Shown: positions 30,828 to 39,276, counted from the stretch's first letter. The stretch: 40,694 bases of DNA from a virus (IMGVR_UViG_2874956758_000005), one strand, 5' to 3'. A program made the numbers and translations. The notes: a model not told the origin generated them from the letters alone.

Positions 30828-31250
30828 TCACAGTATCGCCTCCTGAAAATTACCCTGATAGAAAGCCAGTACACGCTGCATAGCTTCGCTTTTACGACAC
30901 TCAGTACAGATTATATTCAGGCGCCTGTCGTAGCGGCGTATTTCTCCGTCAGGTAATGACCAGATAAGGTCCGGATCAACGACAACCGGTTTCCTCACCT
31001 TTACTCTCGAGAGTTTTTTGCGGGCGCTTTGCCAGTCCTTGCGAGCCTGTTCAGACGGGAATAAGCCGTAGCCAGAATTATATACATCACCACTTGCGAC
31101 CAGTTCCATGCATAAGCGACCGACAGACGCACGACTGATACCTGTTTCATCTGACAACTGCCGAATCGTGACCCGACCGTCCTGATGCACGAGTTCCACA
31201 ATTCGCGTCTTCAGTTCCTCCCGCTGTTCGGGAGTAAAAGGTTTCGCCAT
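30828..31250 (-). CDS. hypothetical winged-helix DNA-binding protein
   Basis: 140-aa ORF after DnaC-like gene; HTH-like segment ...TIRQLSDETGISRASVGRLCMEL... Confidence 0.4.
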   Translation of the reverse strand: MAKPFTPEQREELKTRIVELVHQDGRVTIRQLSDETGISRASVGRLCMELVASGDVYNSGYGLFPSEQARKDWQSARKKLSRVKVRKPVVVDPDLIWSLPDGEIRRYDRRLNIICTECRKSEAMQRVLAFYQGNFQEAIL

Positions 31251-31264
31251 AAATCCTCCTGAAA

Positions 31265-32011
31265 CTACTTAACAACCCTCGAATGGCTAACATTCGGACG
31301 CCAGCTCTCCCAGTTAAAATTCACCCAGCGCCCGCCGTTCATGACCATGCGATCCATCACCCGCTCGCCGAGAAGTGTATTCATCGCTGCATGGTTAATA
31401 TTTGTCAGCATCCCCACACCGCGTAACGATGCCGTCCGGCGATCAACAATCTGGTTCAGTACCACCTGCTCGTTTTTCGTATCCCGCTGCATGCCAATTT
31501 CATCCAGGACCAGCAGGTCAACACCACAAAGCTCCTGTAAAAATTTTTCACCGGATTTGCCGTTGTCGTAGCTCTCATGCAACACGCTCATGACATCGGA
31601 CACGGTGACGATAATCACGCTACGCCCCTTCGCCATCAGCCGGTTGCCAATCGCGGCTGCAAGATGATTTTTTCCGGTGCCGGGCTTACCGCTGAACACA
31701 AAATTCGTACAGCCTGTCATCAGTTCGTCAGCGATGGATTTCGCCTGACTCAGTGCATGTCGCTGACCGTCGTTCTGCGCCCGGTAATTCGCAAACGAAC
31801 ACTTCCGGTGCAACGGCTGGATGCCGGAGCGGTTCAGGATTTTTTCTACCCGCAACTGACGATTCTGACGGTTAATCTCCCTGCAACGCTTCCGACCTTC
31901 AGCAAGCTGCCACTCCTGCCATTCTTCCGCCGTCCGGAACAATGGTGTCACGTGCTGCGGTACCAGCCTGCGAATACGTTCCAGAGCGCCCCCTGACGCA
32001 ATGTTTTTCAT
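31265..32011 (-). CDS. DnaC-like helicase loader / replication protein (IstB-type ATPase)
   Basis: 248-aa ORF with Walker A FSGKPGTGKNHLAAAIG and Walker B DLLVLDEIG. Confidence 0.85.
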   Translation of the reverse strand: MKNIASGGALERIRRLVPQHVTPLFRTAEEWQEWQLAEGRKRCREINRQNRQLRVEKILNRSGIQPLHRKCSFANYRAQNDGQRHALSQAKSIADELMTGCTNFVFSGKPGTGKNHLAAAIGNRLMAKGRSVIIVTVSDVMSVLHESYDNGKSGEKFLQELCGVDLLVLDEIGMQRDTKNEQVVLNQIVDRRTASLRGVGMLTNINHAAMNTLLGERVMDRMVMNGGRWVNFNWESWRPNVSHSRVVK

Positions 32012-32017
32012 GGTACG

Positions 32018-33088
32018 CTACCCCCTGAACCCCGGCGGTATTTCAGTATCCGGTTCAGAAATTTGATTCACACAACGCTGGTTGTTCGTACCGCTTATCG
32101 GGAGCAACCAGGGGTTTTCAAAATTCCGGTCCGGTCCAAAAAACGTCGTCGCTCGCTGAACAAATTCCGTTCCCGTTTTCCCGGTAGCCGCCAGATATCT
32201 TGCGTAACGCCTCACGCCATCCAGCATGGCCTCTGGTGGCACCCCCTCGCGTAATCTGGCCTTCCAGGCACTGAAAGCGGATTTCTTCGGGTTTGCCCCG
32301 GCACGCAACGGGTACTCCCGCCAGACCTGTTCGAACACATCCGGATAATCCACTCGTCCCACAGACTGCCCGGTGTTTTCCGGGACTACCCGATCGGCTT
32401 CCCGCTGAATGGCGGAATCGGCTTCAGGCTGCTGCAGTTGGTGTGATTGCTCCGGACTTGCGGTCATCACCTGCTGCACAGCGCCCGAATCGGCTTTCAG
32501 CGCATACGCTGAATCGGCTTCCGGTGTCGTGCCTGCTGGCTGACCAGGATTGACGGTCTGAACATCCCCTGCCTGGTTCGTGGCGTTTTTTACGCCATGG
32601 ACCATAGTGTTTTGATCTTCTTGATCTGTATCTTTATCTGTATCTTTATCTGTCGTGACTCGTCGTGACATGTGCGTGACATATCGTGACGCGCCGTGAC
32701 AATCGCCATTTTGTTCCCGCTTTCTTTCCCTCTCTCGCTGCGCCCTCTTGCGCTCTGCAGGAGATTTTGCGGTTTGCGAAATATTGCCGTTGTCCTCTTT
32801 CAGCACCTGGCGTTTTTCCCATCCAGTGATTAAATCACCATCAAGTACCCGCCCCTGCATCGTCTGCAAAATTGAATCAATTACCTCTTCTGTCACGTCG
32901 AGCGCACTTGCCAAATCTTCTGTCGTGACATCAATGTGACCTCGCGTGACATTTCGTGACGCGCTCACCAGGAGGTGGATATACACTGCCATCACTGTTG
33001 CAATTGGCTGCCCTGACACCCTGGCAATTGTTCGCCACTTAGGGTCATTTGGCATGTCATGCCATAATCTGAGCCAGGCGTTAGCCAT
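32018..33088 (-). CDS. replication initiator (lambda O position; YdaU-like)
   Basis: Start at ATG 33088 with GAGGTG RBS; contains two iteron clusters within its coding sequence; precedes DnaC-like gene. Confidence 0.6.
   Translation of the reverse strand: MANAWLRLWHDMPNDPKWRTIARVSGQPIATVMAVYIHLLVSASRNVTRGHIDVTTEDLASALDVTEEVIDSILQTMQGRVLDGDLITGWEKRQVLKEDNGNISQTAKSPAERKRAQRERERKREQNGDCHGASRYVTHMSRRVTTDKDTDKDTDQEDQNTMVHGVKNATNQAGDVQTVNPGQPAGTTPEADSAYALKADSGAVQQVMTASPEQSHQLQQPEADSAIQREADRVVPENTGQSVGRVDYPDVFEQVWREYPLRAGANPKKSAFSAWKARLREGVPPEAMLDGVRRYARYLAATGKTGTEFVQRATTFFGPDRNFENPWLLPISGTNNQRCVNQISEPDTEIPPGFRG
32653..32700. repeat. iteron array: five CGTGAC hexamers phased every 10-11 bp (putative ori)
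   Basis: CGTGAC at 32654, 32664, 32675, 32685, 32695; preceded by tandem 12-mer ATCTGTATCTTT x2.5 (32622-32650). Confidence 0.6.
32893..32960. repeat. second iteron cluster (CGTGAC/TGTGAC) with inverted copy
   Basis: GTCACG at 32893; CGTGAC at 32924, 32945, 32955 and TGTGAC at 32935, spaced ~10 bp. Confidence 0.5.
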
Positions 33089-33159
33089 ACTCACCTCTTT
33101 TGATACCGAATCTTTTTACTCACAAATTGCCGGAAGTGATCCGGTATGAATATTGCGAG

Positions 33160-33585
33160 TCAATGCACAGCCACAATATTTCCTGCAGGGCCACCACGAT
33201 TCATCTGGTTGAAACCAGCGATCGCCACTGCGACAAAATCATCAGCGTCTCTCACCAGTCGTTCCCGCGTCTCCACTAGTTCCCGAAAATAGGCTGAGCT
33301 ATGGCTGCGCATTCGGGCCACCAGCAGAGGTGGCATTGCTTTTTCGATAGCTGGTAACAACGCCTGAATTTTTTTAAGCGCATCAGGGGTGTCTTTCTCC
33401 ACCCAGCGGAAAATTTTCTGAGTATTGCGAGCCAGGGCTTCCGGATGGCTGTCGTCATACAGTTCCGGGAACGTCATTCCCAGCTCGAAATACGCTTTGG
33501 TAATTTTCGCAGCCGGTACTTTTTCGCCGTCCGGATGCGCCCAGGCATTCATCGCCATGCGGATGTGTTCATGCTTGATTTTCAT
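33160..33585 (-). CDS. YdaT-like protein (cII position)
   Basis: 141-aa ORF starting MKIKHEHI...; ATG overlaps cro stop (ATGA); position between cro and replication genes. Confidence 0.5.
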   Translation of the reverse strand: MKIKHEHIRMAMNAWAHPDGEKVPAAKITKAYFELGMTFPELYDDSHPEALARNTQKIFRWVEKDTPDALKKIQALLPAIEKAMPPLLVARMRSHSSAYFRELVETRERLVRDADDFVAVAIAGFNQMNRGGPAGNIVAVH

Positions 33586-33836
33586 GAATCAACTCCCATC
33601 AGCTTTTTCGTAGTAGTTTTATTCCTGCCAATAGTTAAAATTGCATCGGCAGAAAATAATCCGTTTGATGCAAGAGCGATTTTTTCAGCGTAATTTGTTT
33701 CGCCGGTATATTCTGTGCGAGGCAATTTTCCGTTATCCATCCATTTATAGATTGCTCTTTGGCTGACACCACAAACGTCGGCCACAACAGCAACGCGAAC
33801 AGTTTTGATTACATCTTCAAGTGTTTTCTGGTTCAT
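33582..33836 (-). CDS. Cro-like HTH regulator
   Basis: 84-aa ORF from ATG 33836 (GAGGGTGAT RBS); HTH ...VCGVSQRAIYKW...; divergent from repressor gene. Confidence 0.7.
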   Translation of the reverse strand: MNQKTLEDVIKTVRVAVVADVCGVSQRAIYKWMDNGKLPRTEYTGETNYAEKIALASNGLFSADAILTIGRNKTTTKKLMGVDS

Positions 33837-33915
33837 ATCACCCTCACAATGTGAACTTTGAGTACATGCTATAACAGAACTGACAGTACATTCAAGAGCG
33901 AATATCATTGAACTT
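33837..33915. promoter_or_regulatory. divergent cro/cI promoter-operator region (OR-like)
   Basis: 79-bp gap; two AGTACAT 7-mers (33861, 33885); minus-strand TTGAAT -16/17- TGTTATAGC extended -10 pointing at cro. Confidence 0.5.
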
Positions 33916-34335
33916 ATGGTTCATGAAGATAAAGCGCGTAAAGAGTTCGCCAGTAGGCTTGCGCTAGCCTGTGAAAACGCTGGTTATGAACAACATGGAA
34001 GGCAGGCAGAAATTGCCCGTCGAATGAAATTAACACCAAAAGCGGTTAGCAAATGGTTTAATGGCGAAACAATTCCTCGCCGGGAGAAATTAAGGGAATT
34101 AGCAACACTAATAGGAACAACACCAACCTATCTTTTGGGAGAGGATACAGAAGAAAGTGGACAGGTACGTTTCTATCAGGAGTTAAATCCAAGACAAAAA
34201 ATCATCATTGACCTTCTGGACGAGCTCCCTGACAGTGAGACAGATGAACTTTTAAAAACTCTTGAAGAGAAAAAACAGAAGTACAATGCAATTTACGAAG
34301 AGTTAGCACGAAAGAAAAAACAAAAAGCCTCTTAA
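33916..34335 (+). CDS. cI-like repressor, HTH_XRE only (no LexA-type peptidase domain)
   Basis: 139-aa ORF; HTH ...EIARRMKLTPKAVSKWFNGETIP...; C-terminus is a Glu/Lys-rich helix, no Ser/Lys protease motifs; no SD (leaderless-like). Confidence 0.65.
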   Translation: MVHEDKARKEFASRLALACENAGYEQHGRQAEIARRMKLTPKAVSKWFNGETIPRREKLRELATLIGTTPTYLLGEDTEESGQVRFYQELNPRQKIIIDLLDELPDSETDELLKTLEEKKQKYNAIYEELARKKKQKAS

Positions 34336-34403
34336 ACCAGCATAAATCCGGTAGCGCCTTCCTCCGGGTTTGTGCTTCACTTTATCCCATCTCATTTTTT
34401 TAC

Positions 34404-34460
34404 ACACAAAATGTACTATAAGTACTTTACAACAATGAACGCAAAGTACATTATATACCT
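34404..34460 (+). promoter_or_regulatory. putative leftward promoter/operator (OL/PL-like)
   Basis: ATGTACT (34411), AGTACT (34421), AGTACAT (34445) repeats with TTTACA -17- CATTAT promoter-like spacing. Confidence 0.35.
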
Positions 34461-34632
34461 GCCACCCACCCCGCCCCACAGAATGCAGGGCAATACTTCG
34501 AGTTACCAGGCAGTGGTCAGGGGTTAAGTAGCCAGCCCGAGGCGTAAGAACATGACGGCAGGGTTCAACTTTAATAACTATGCAGCAGGTTTTTGTTCCG
34601 CTACCCCGGCGTTAAGGGGAAATGAGGTCAGC

Positions 34633-34788
34633 ATGGATACTATCGATCTTGGCAACAACGAATCTCTGGTGTACGGCGTGTTTCCCAACCAGGACGGCAC
34701 ATTCACCGCGATGACGTATACCAAAAGCAAAACGTTTAAAACCGAAAATGGTGCCCGTCGCTGGCTGGAAAGAAACTCAGGTGAGTGA
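34633..34788 (+). CDS. small protein (51 aa), YdaF-like
   Basis: ATG 34633 with GAGG 5 nt upstream; MDTIDLGNNESLVYGVFPNQDGTF...; an upstream in-frame ATG at 34552 is possible. Confidence 0.45.
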   Translation: MDTIDLGNNESLVYGVFPNQDGTFTAMTYTKSKTFKTENGARRWLERNSGE

Positions 34789-34789
34789 T

Positions 34790-34918
34790 ATGGATTTCGA
34801 CACAATCATGGAAAAGGCTTACGAAGAATACTTCGAAGGCCTTGCCGAAGGCGAAGAAGCTCTCAGCTTCAGTGAGTTTAAACAGGCGCTTTCCAGCTCG
34901 GCAAAATCTAACGGCTGA
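34790..34918 (+). CDS. small acidic protein (42 aa), YdaG-like
   Basis: Unannotated ATG ORF MDFDTIMEKAYEEYFEGLAEGEEALSFSEFKQALSSSAKSNG; GGTGAG RBS; starts 2 nt after previous stop. Confidence 0.45.
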   Translation: MDFDTIMEKAYEEYFEGLAEGEEALSFSEFKQALSSSAKSNG

Positions 34919-34947
34919 TAAGCGAAGCAGCACCGCGAGGAATCAGT

Positions 34948-35166
34948 ATGCAGAAACGAGAACCCGTCATCATCGCGCCAGACTATACCGATGATGAACT
35001 TTATGAGTGGATGCACCAGAAAATTAAGGCTGCGCAGGACCTGAAATGGGCCAATGAAGCCAGGGCTAAGCAGGCTGAAAATCTGTCCGCTCTGGAGCAG
35101 GATATCACCAATCTGGAAAAAGCAGCGGCATTAAGCATTGCCAGAATGATTACATACCCACGTTAA
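34948..35166 (+). CDS. hypothetical protein (72 aa)
   Basis: ATG with AGGAAT upstream; helical charged sequence. Confidence 0.45.
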   Translation: MQKREPVIIAPDYTDDELYEWMHQKIKAAQDLKWANEARAKQAENLSALEQDITNLEKAAALSIARMITYPR

Positions 35167-35188
35167 TGGTTAACCAACGAGGCTAATA

Positions 35189-35596
35189 ATGGAATTTAAA
35201 GATTTACCAAAAGAAATCCAGACAATTGCTGCAACGACTCTCGGTGATAGTCTGGTGAAAATTGACCCGGCATACACCAAAAAAGAAACCATCGATAATA
35301 TGGTTCGTAATGTGCGCAATGCTTTTTCTGGGCTATATGGTTCTGATAATCAAAAGCAGGAAAGCGATGTTAATGAACGGGTAATTTCTGTTTGCGTGAA
35401 TGGCCATGTTCTTTCATCAATCAAAACAGAAACAGCGACAGTCTTCGATTGCCTTTGCATTGTACAGAGCCTTGTTGATGCCCTGTTTCGTTCAGTGAAT
35501 TTAGAAAATGATGCAAATCTGCGAGGGCGCACAATAGCACATCCATATGCACATACTTTAGGCTCTGTGGATATCAAAGATCCCACAAATCTTTAA
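35189..35596 (+). CDS. hypothetical protein (135 aa)
   Basis: ATG with GAGG upstream; no recognisable motif. Confidence 0.5.
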   Translation: MEFKDLPKEIQTIAATTLGDSLVKIDPAYTKKETIDNMVRNVRNAFSGLYGSDNQKQESDVNERVISVCVNGHVLSSIKTETATVFDCLCIVQSLVDALFRSVNLENDANLRGRTIAHPYAHTLGSVDIKDPTNL

Positions 35597-35807
35597 TGAA
35601 ATAGTTAACGCGAATTGTACTTGCTCTTTCAGTTGCTTTCAGAATACGCGTTGAAACTGCTGGCGGTAATTTGGTATTCCATTTATTAAAATCATGCCCG
35701 GGAAAGTACTCTTCGAAAATACTTTTAACTGCAGACTCGCCTATTGAAATGCTGCTTACCATGCGATTTTGATAAAGGCATTTAGCAATAAGAGTTGATT
35801 TTAACAT
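35574..35807 (-). CDS. hypothetical protein (77 aa), opposite strand to the surrounding operon
   Basis: ATG 35807 preceded by strong RBS AGGAGGG; 3' end overlaps the 135-aa gene by 23 nt convergently. Confidence 0.45.
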   Translation of the reverse strand: MLKSTLIAKCLYQNRMVSSISIGESAVKSIFEEYFPGHDFNKWNTKLPPAVSTRILKATERASTIRVNYFIKDLWDL

Positions 35808-36155
35808 TCACCCTCCTGAGGGTTGGTAATTAAGGAGTTCTCCACGGGTGAGGTGGAGTGCGTGCGCCGGACACGGGTGAGCATCCGGCACTGACAGTTT
35901 ACTGAAAGGATATGTCCCTGAAAAGTCAGGGCATAACGCGAAAGCGCACGGCGAGGCTGTTAGTTCATAAATGGTCTGTCGTTAAATTTTCGTCGACCGT
36001 GCGCTTCCGGTTGTGGCAATCCGCGAAATGGCGCGGCGGTAAGTATGGCGGGGTTATTCCTTCCCCGTTGAGGACACCGGGTTGTCAGGTTGACCATACG
36101 CTTAAGTGACAACCCCGCTGCAACGCCCTCTGTTATCAATTTTCTGGTGACGTTT

Positions 36156-36200
36156 GGCGGTATCAGTTTTACTCCGTGACTGCTCTGCCGCCCTTTTTAA
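36156..36200 (+). terminator. candidate intrinsic terminator
   Basis: GGCGG...CCGCC imperfect hairpin followed by CTTTTTAAA. Confidence 0.4.
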
Positions 36201-36367
36201 AGTGAATTTTGTGATGTGGTGAATGCGGCTGAGCGCACGCGGAACAGTTAAAACCGAAAACAGTGTTATGGGTGGATTCTCTGTATCCGGCGTTAATTGT
36301 TAACTGGTTAACGTCACCTGGAAGCACCAGGCACCGCATCACAAAACTCATTGTTGAGGGCGCGATA

Positions 36368-36556
36368 ATGAAAACGTTATTACCAAACGTTAATACGTCT
36401 GAAGGTTGTTTTGAAATTGGTGTCACTATCAGTAATCCTGTATTCACTGAAGAGGCCATTAACAAAAGAAAACACGAACGGGAGTTATTAAATAAAGTAT
36501 GCATTGTTTCAATGCTGGCCCGTTTACGTCTGATGCCAAAAGGATGTGCACAATGA
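36368..36556 (+). CDS. hypothetical small protein (62 aa)
   Basis: ATG 36368 with GAGGG RBS; stop overlaps next start (ATGA). Confidence 0.4.
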   Translation: MKTLLPNVNTSEGCFEIGVTISNPVFTEEAINKRKHERELLNKVCIVSMLARLRLMPKGCAQ

Positions 36557-36741
36557 ATCCAGTATTTGCACTTATTCTGACGGTTTTTCTTGTTTCCGGA
36601 GAGCCAGTTGATATTGCAGTCAGTGTTCACAGAACAATGCAGGAATGTATGGCCGCAGCAACCGAACAGAAAATTCCAGGCAACTGTTATCCGGTCGATA
36701 AAGTTATTCACCAGGATAACGAAATCCCGGCAGGATTTTAA
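36553..36741 (+). CDS. small protein with signal-peptide-like N-terminus (62 aa)
   Basis: ATG 36553 with AAGGA 8 nt upstream; MNPVFALILTVFLVSGEPVD..., two Cys. Confidence 0.45.
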   Translation: MNPVFALILTVFLVSGEPVDIAVSVHRTMQECMAAATEQKIPGNCYPVDKVIHQDNEIPAGF

Positions 36742-36834
36742 AACAGCACCGTAATAAATATCCAGTTTCATTCTTATATGTCAGCAATGGCAGAGATTTG
36801 TTCACCCTTAAATCTGTGATGAGGTTTATCAATA

Positions 36835-39276
36835 ATGAGCACTGATAAAGAAGAATTTGCACTATATTGCGAAGCAAAAAATGACAAAGTAAGAAAACGC
36901 CTGGGAATTAAAGGTGGTTTTTACTGGACTACAGCAAAAAAATTATCTGTTGCAATCTCCCGCTGCATTACCGCAATGGATGACAACGATTATGATGAAG
37001 ACGACTTTAAAAAACCCGTCCGCGTCAATTTGCCCGTTGTTGACGACCTTCCGCCAGAAGGCGTGTTTGATACTGAATTCTGCAACCGCTATGAAAAAGG
37101 CGGGAAAGATGGCATCACAATGACATTTATCGGCCCTTCCCCCTCTGTTCAGGACAAACCAGCCAGCACTGACAATACCAACATCAACGGCGAAGACATG
37201 ACTGAGATTGAGGAGAGCATGCTTCTGCCTGTCTCCGGTCAGGAACTGCCCATTCGTTGGCTTGCTCAACACGGCAGCGAAAAACCAGTAACGCACGTTT
37301 CACGCGACGAACTCCAGGCATTACACATTGCACGGGCTGAAGAACTACCGGCTGTTACTGCCCTGGCTATTTCGCATAAAACCAGTCTGCTCGACTCGCT
37401 GGAGATTCGCGACCTCCACAAACTGGTTCGTGACACTGACAAAGTTTTCCCTAATCCTGGTAATTCAGACCTGGGACTAATAACTGCTTTTTTCGAAGCA
37501 TACCTGGACGCTGACTACACTGATCGGGGTCTGCTGACAAAAGAGTGGATGAAAGGAAATCGTGTTTCACGCATCACCCGCACGGCTTCCGGTGCTAATG
37601 CTGGCGGTGGGAACAAAACCGATCGCAATCCGAATTTAGTACACACCCTCGACACACTGGATGTGGAGATTGCAGCAGCCACACTTCCGATGGATTTTAA
37701 TATTTATGAAATTCCGGGCAGCGTTTATCGTCGCGCAAAAGAAGTAGTTCTGAACAAAGAAAGTCCGTTCAAAGAATGGTCCGCAGCACTTCGTGCAACC
37801 CCGGGTATTCTGGACTATTCCCGCGCCGCTATTTTTGCACTTATCCGAAGCGCACACCCTGAATTCTATCACTACCCGGGACGCCTTCAGGGGTATATCA
37901 ACGCCTATTTGACGGAAACTGATCACGAGAACCCCAGCAAGGAAACTCTCACAGCTGCCCGGCATACGCCGGAAAAAGATATCCTGGAAGAAATTAACCG
38001 CGAGGTGGTTACTGAGCGTGAAACAGAAGAAGAAAAACCACAACCATCTGACGCAATGGCAGGTGAACAGGCAACAACTGAAACAATGGAACCGGATACA
38101 ACTGAACATGGCCAGAACGCGCAGTCGCTGGATGCTCAGTCGCAGGTGAGTTCCGCTAACCAAGTAAAAGTCACCGCTGACGAAGTAAACAAAATTATGC
38201 AGGCAGCCAATATCAGCCAGCCTGACGCCGATAAGTTACTTGCTGTATCGCGTGGTGAATTTGTTGAGGGGATTAGCGACCCTAATGATCCGAAATGGGT
38301 TAAGGGGATCCAGACCCGCGATTCTGTGAACCAGAACCAGCAAGAAACGGAACAGAACGACCAGAAAGCGGAACAAAACAGCCCAAATACACAACAAAAC
38401 GAGCCAGAAACGAAACAACCTGAACCAGTAGTGCAACAGGAACCGGAAAAGATCTGCACCGCCTGCGGTCAGAGCGGTGGCGGCAACTGCCCTGATTGTG
38501 GTGCGGTGATGGGTGACGCAACATACCAGGAAATATTCGATGGAGAGAATCAGCCTGAAGTTCAGGAAAATGATCCGGAGGAAATGGAAGGCACTGCGCA
38601 TCAGCACAAGGAGAACACTGGCGGCAATCAGCATCATGCCAGCGATAGTGAAACTGGCGAGGCGTCAGATCCCTTAATTAAGGCGAACGGTCATCATAAT
38701 CTCACATCCACCAGCAGAGCGGGGATTCATCTGATGATCGACCTTGAAACCATGGGAAAAAATCCCGATGCCCCGATTATCTCAATAGGTGCAATATTTT
38801 TCGATCCGCAAACCGGAGATATGGGACCGGAATTTAGTAAGACTATCGATCTGGAAACTGCTGGCGGAGTCATTGATCGGGACACCATTAAATGGTGGCT
38901 TAAACAATCACGCGAAGCGCAATCTGCCATTATGACCGATGAAATCCCGTTAGATGATGCACTGTTACAATTGCGGGAATTTATCGACGAAAACTCCGGT
39001 GAATTTTTTGTTCAGGTCTGGGGAAATGGAGCCAACTTCGACAACACGATTTTGCGCCGTTCATACGAACGGCAGGGGATCCCCTGCCCGTGGCGTTACT
39101 ACAACGATCGCGATGTACGCACAATCGTTGAGCTGGGGAAAGCCATAGACTTCGATGCCAGAACGGCTATTCCATTCGAAGGTGAGCGCCATAATGCACT
39201 TGATGACGCCCGTTACCAGGCAAAATACGTTTCAGTTATCTGGCAAAAACTGATCCCGAGTCAGGCTGATTTTTAA
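36835..39276 (+). CDS. exodeoxyribonuclease VIII (RecE)-like protein with C-terminal DEDDh 3'-5' exonuclease domain
   Basis: 813-aa ORF; N-terminal half RecE-like (…NGEDMTEIEESMLLPVSGQELPIRWLAQHGSEKPVTHVSRDELQALHIARAEELPAV…); central CxxC-x7-CxxC; C-terminus has MIDLET..., GNGANFDNT..., HNALDDARYQ. Confidence 0.75.
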   Translation: MSTDKEEFALYCEAKNDKVRKRLGIKGGFYWTTAKKLSVAISRCITAMDDNDYDEDDFKKPVRVNLPVVDDLPPEGVFDTEFCNRYEKGGKDGITMTFIGPSPSVQDKPASTDNTNINGEDMTEIEESMLLPVSGQELPIRWLAQHGSEKPVTHVSRDELQALHIARAEELPAVTALAISHKTSLLDSLEIRDLHKLVRDTDKVFPNPGNSDLGLITAFFEAYLDADYTDRGLLTKEWMKGNRVSRITRTASGANAGGGNKTDRNPNLVHTLDTLDVEIAAATLPMDFNIYEIPGSVYRRAKEVVLNKESPFKEWSAALRATPGILDYSRAAIFALIRSAHPEFYHYPGRLQGYINAYLTETDHENPSKETLTAARHTPEKDILEEINREVVTERETEEEKPQPSDAMAGEQATTETMEPDTTEHGQNAQSLDAQSQVSSANQVKVTADEVNKIMQAANISQPDADKLLAVSRGEFVEGISDPNDPKWVKGIQTRDSVNQNQQETEQNDQKAEQNSPNTQQNEPETKQPEPVVQQEPEKICTACGQSGGGNCPDCGAVMGDATYQEIFDGENQPEVQENDPEEMEGTAHQHKENTGGNQHHASDSETGEASDPLIKANGHHNLTSTSRAGIHLMIDLETMGKNPDAPIISIGAIFFDPQTGDMGPEFSKTIDLETAGGVIDRDTIKWWLKQSREAQSAIMTDEIPLDDALLQLREFIDENSGEFFVQVWGNGANFDNTILRRSYERQGIPCPWRYYNDRDVRTIVELGKAIDFDARTAIPFEGERHNALDDARYQAKYVSVIWQKLIPSQADF

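Noticed and set aside
32622-32960. Possible CRISPR-like repeat array
   Set aside because: The repeats are 6-bp hexamers at helical spacing inside a replication initiator gene, not 25-40-bp repeats with unique spacers; no cas genes in the window.
35912-36109. 65-aa basic plus-strand ORF
   Set aside because: Sits inside the hairpin-rich non-coding region, has no RBS, and its composition looks like translated GC-rich structure.
36169-36771. 200-aa Cys-rich minus-strand ORF
   Set aside because: Overlaps two RBS-supported, translationally coupled plus-strand small genes and a terminator; odd composition; probably a frame artefact.
37636-38459. Minus-strand Cys/Phe-rich ORFs (175 and 107 aa)
   Set aside because: Antisense to the well-supported RecE-like gene, in its low-complexity Gln/Glu-rich linker region.
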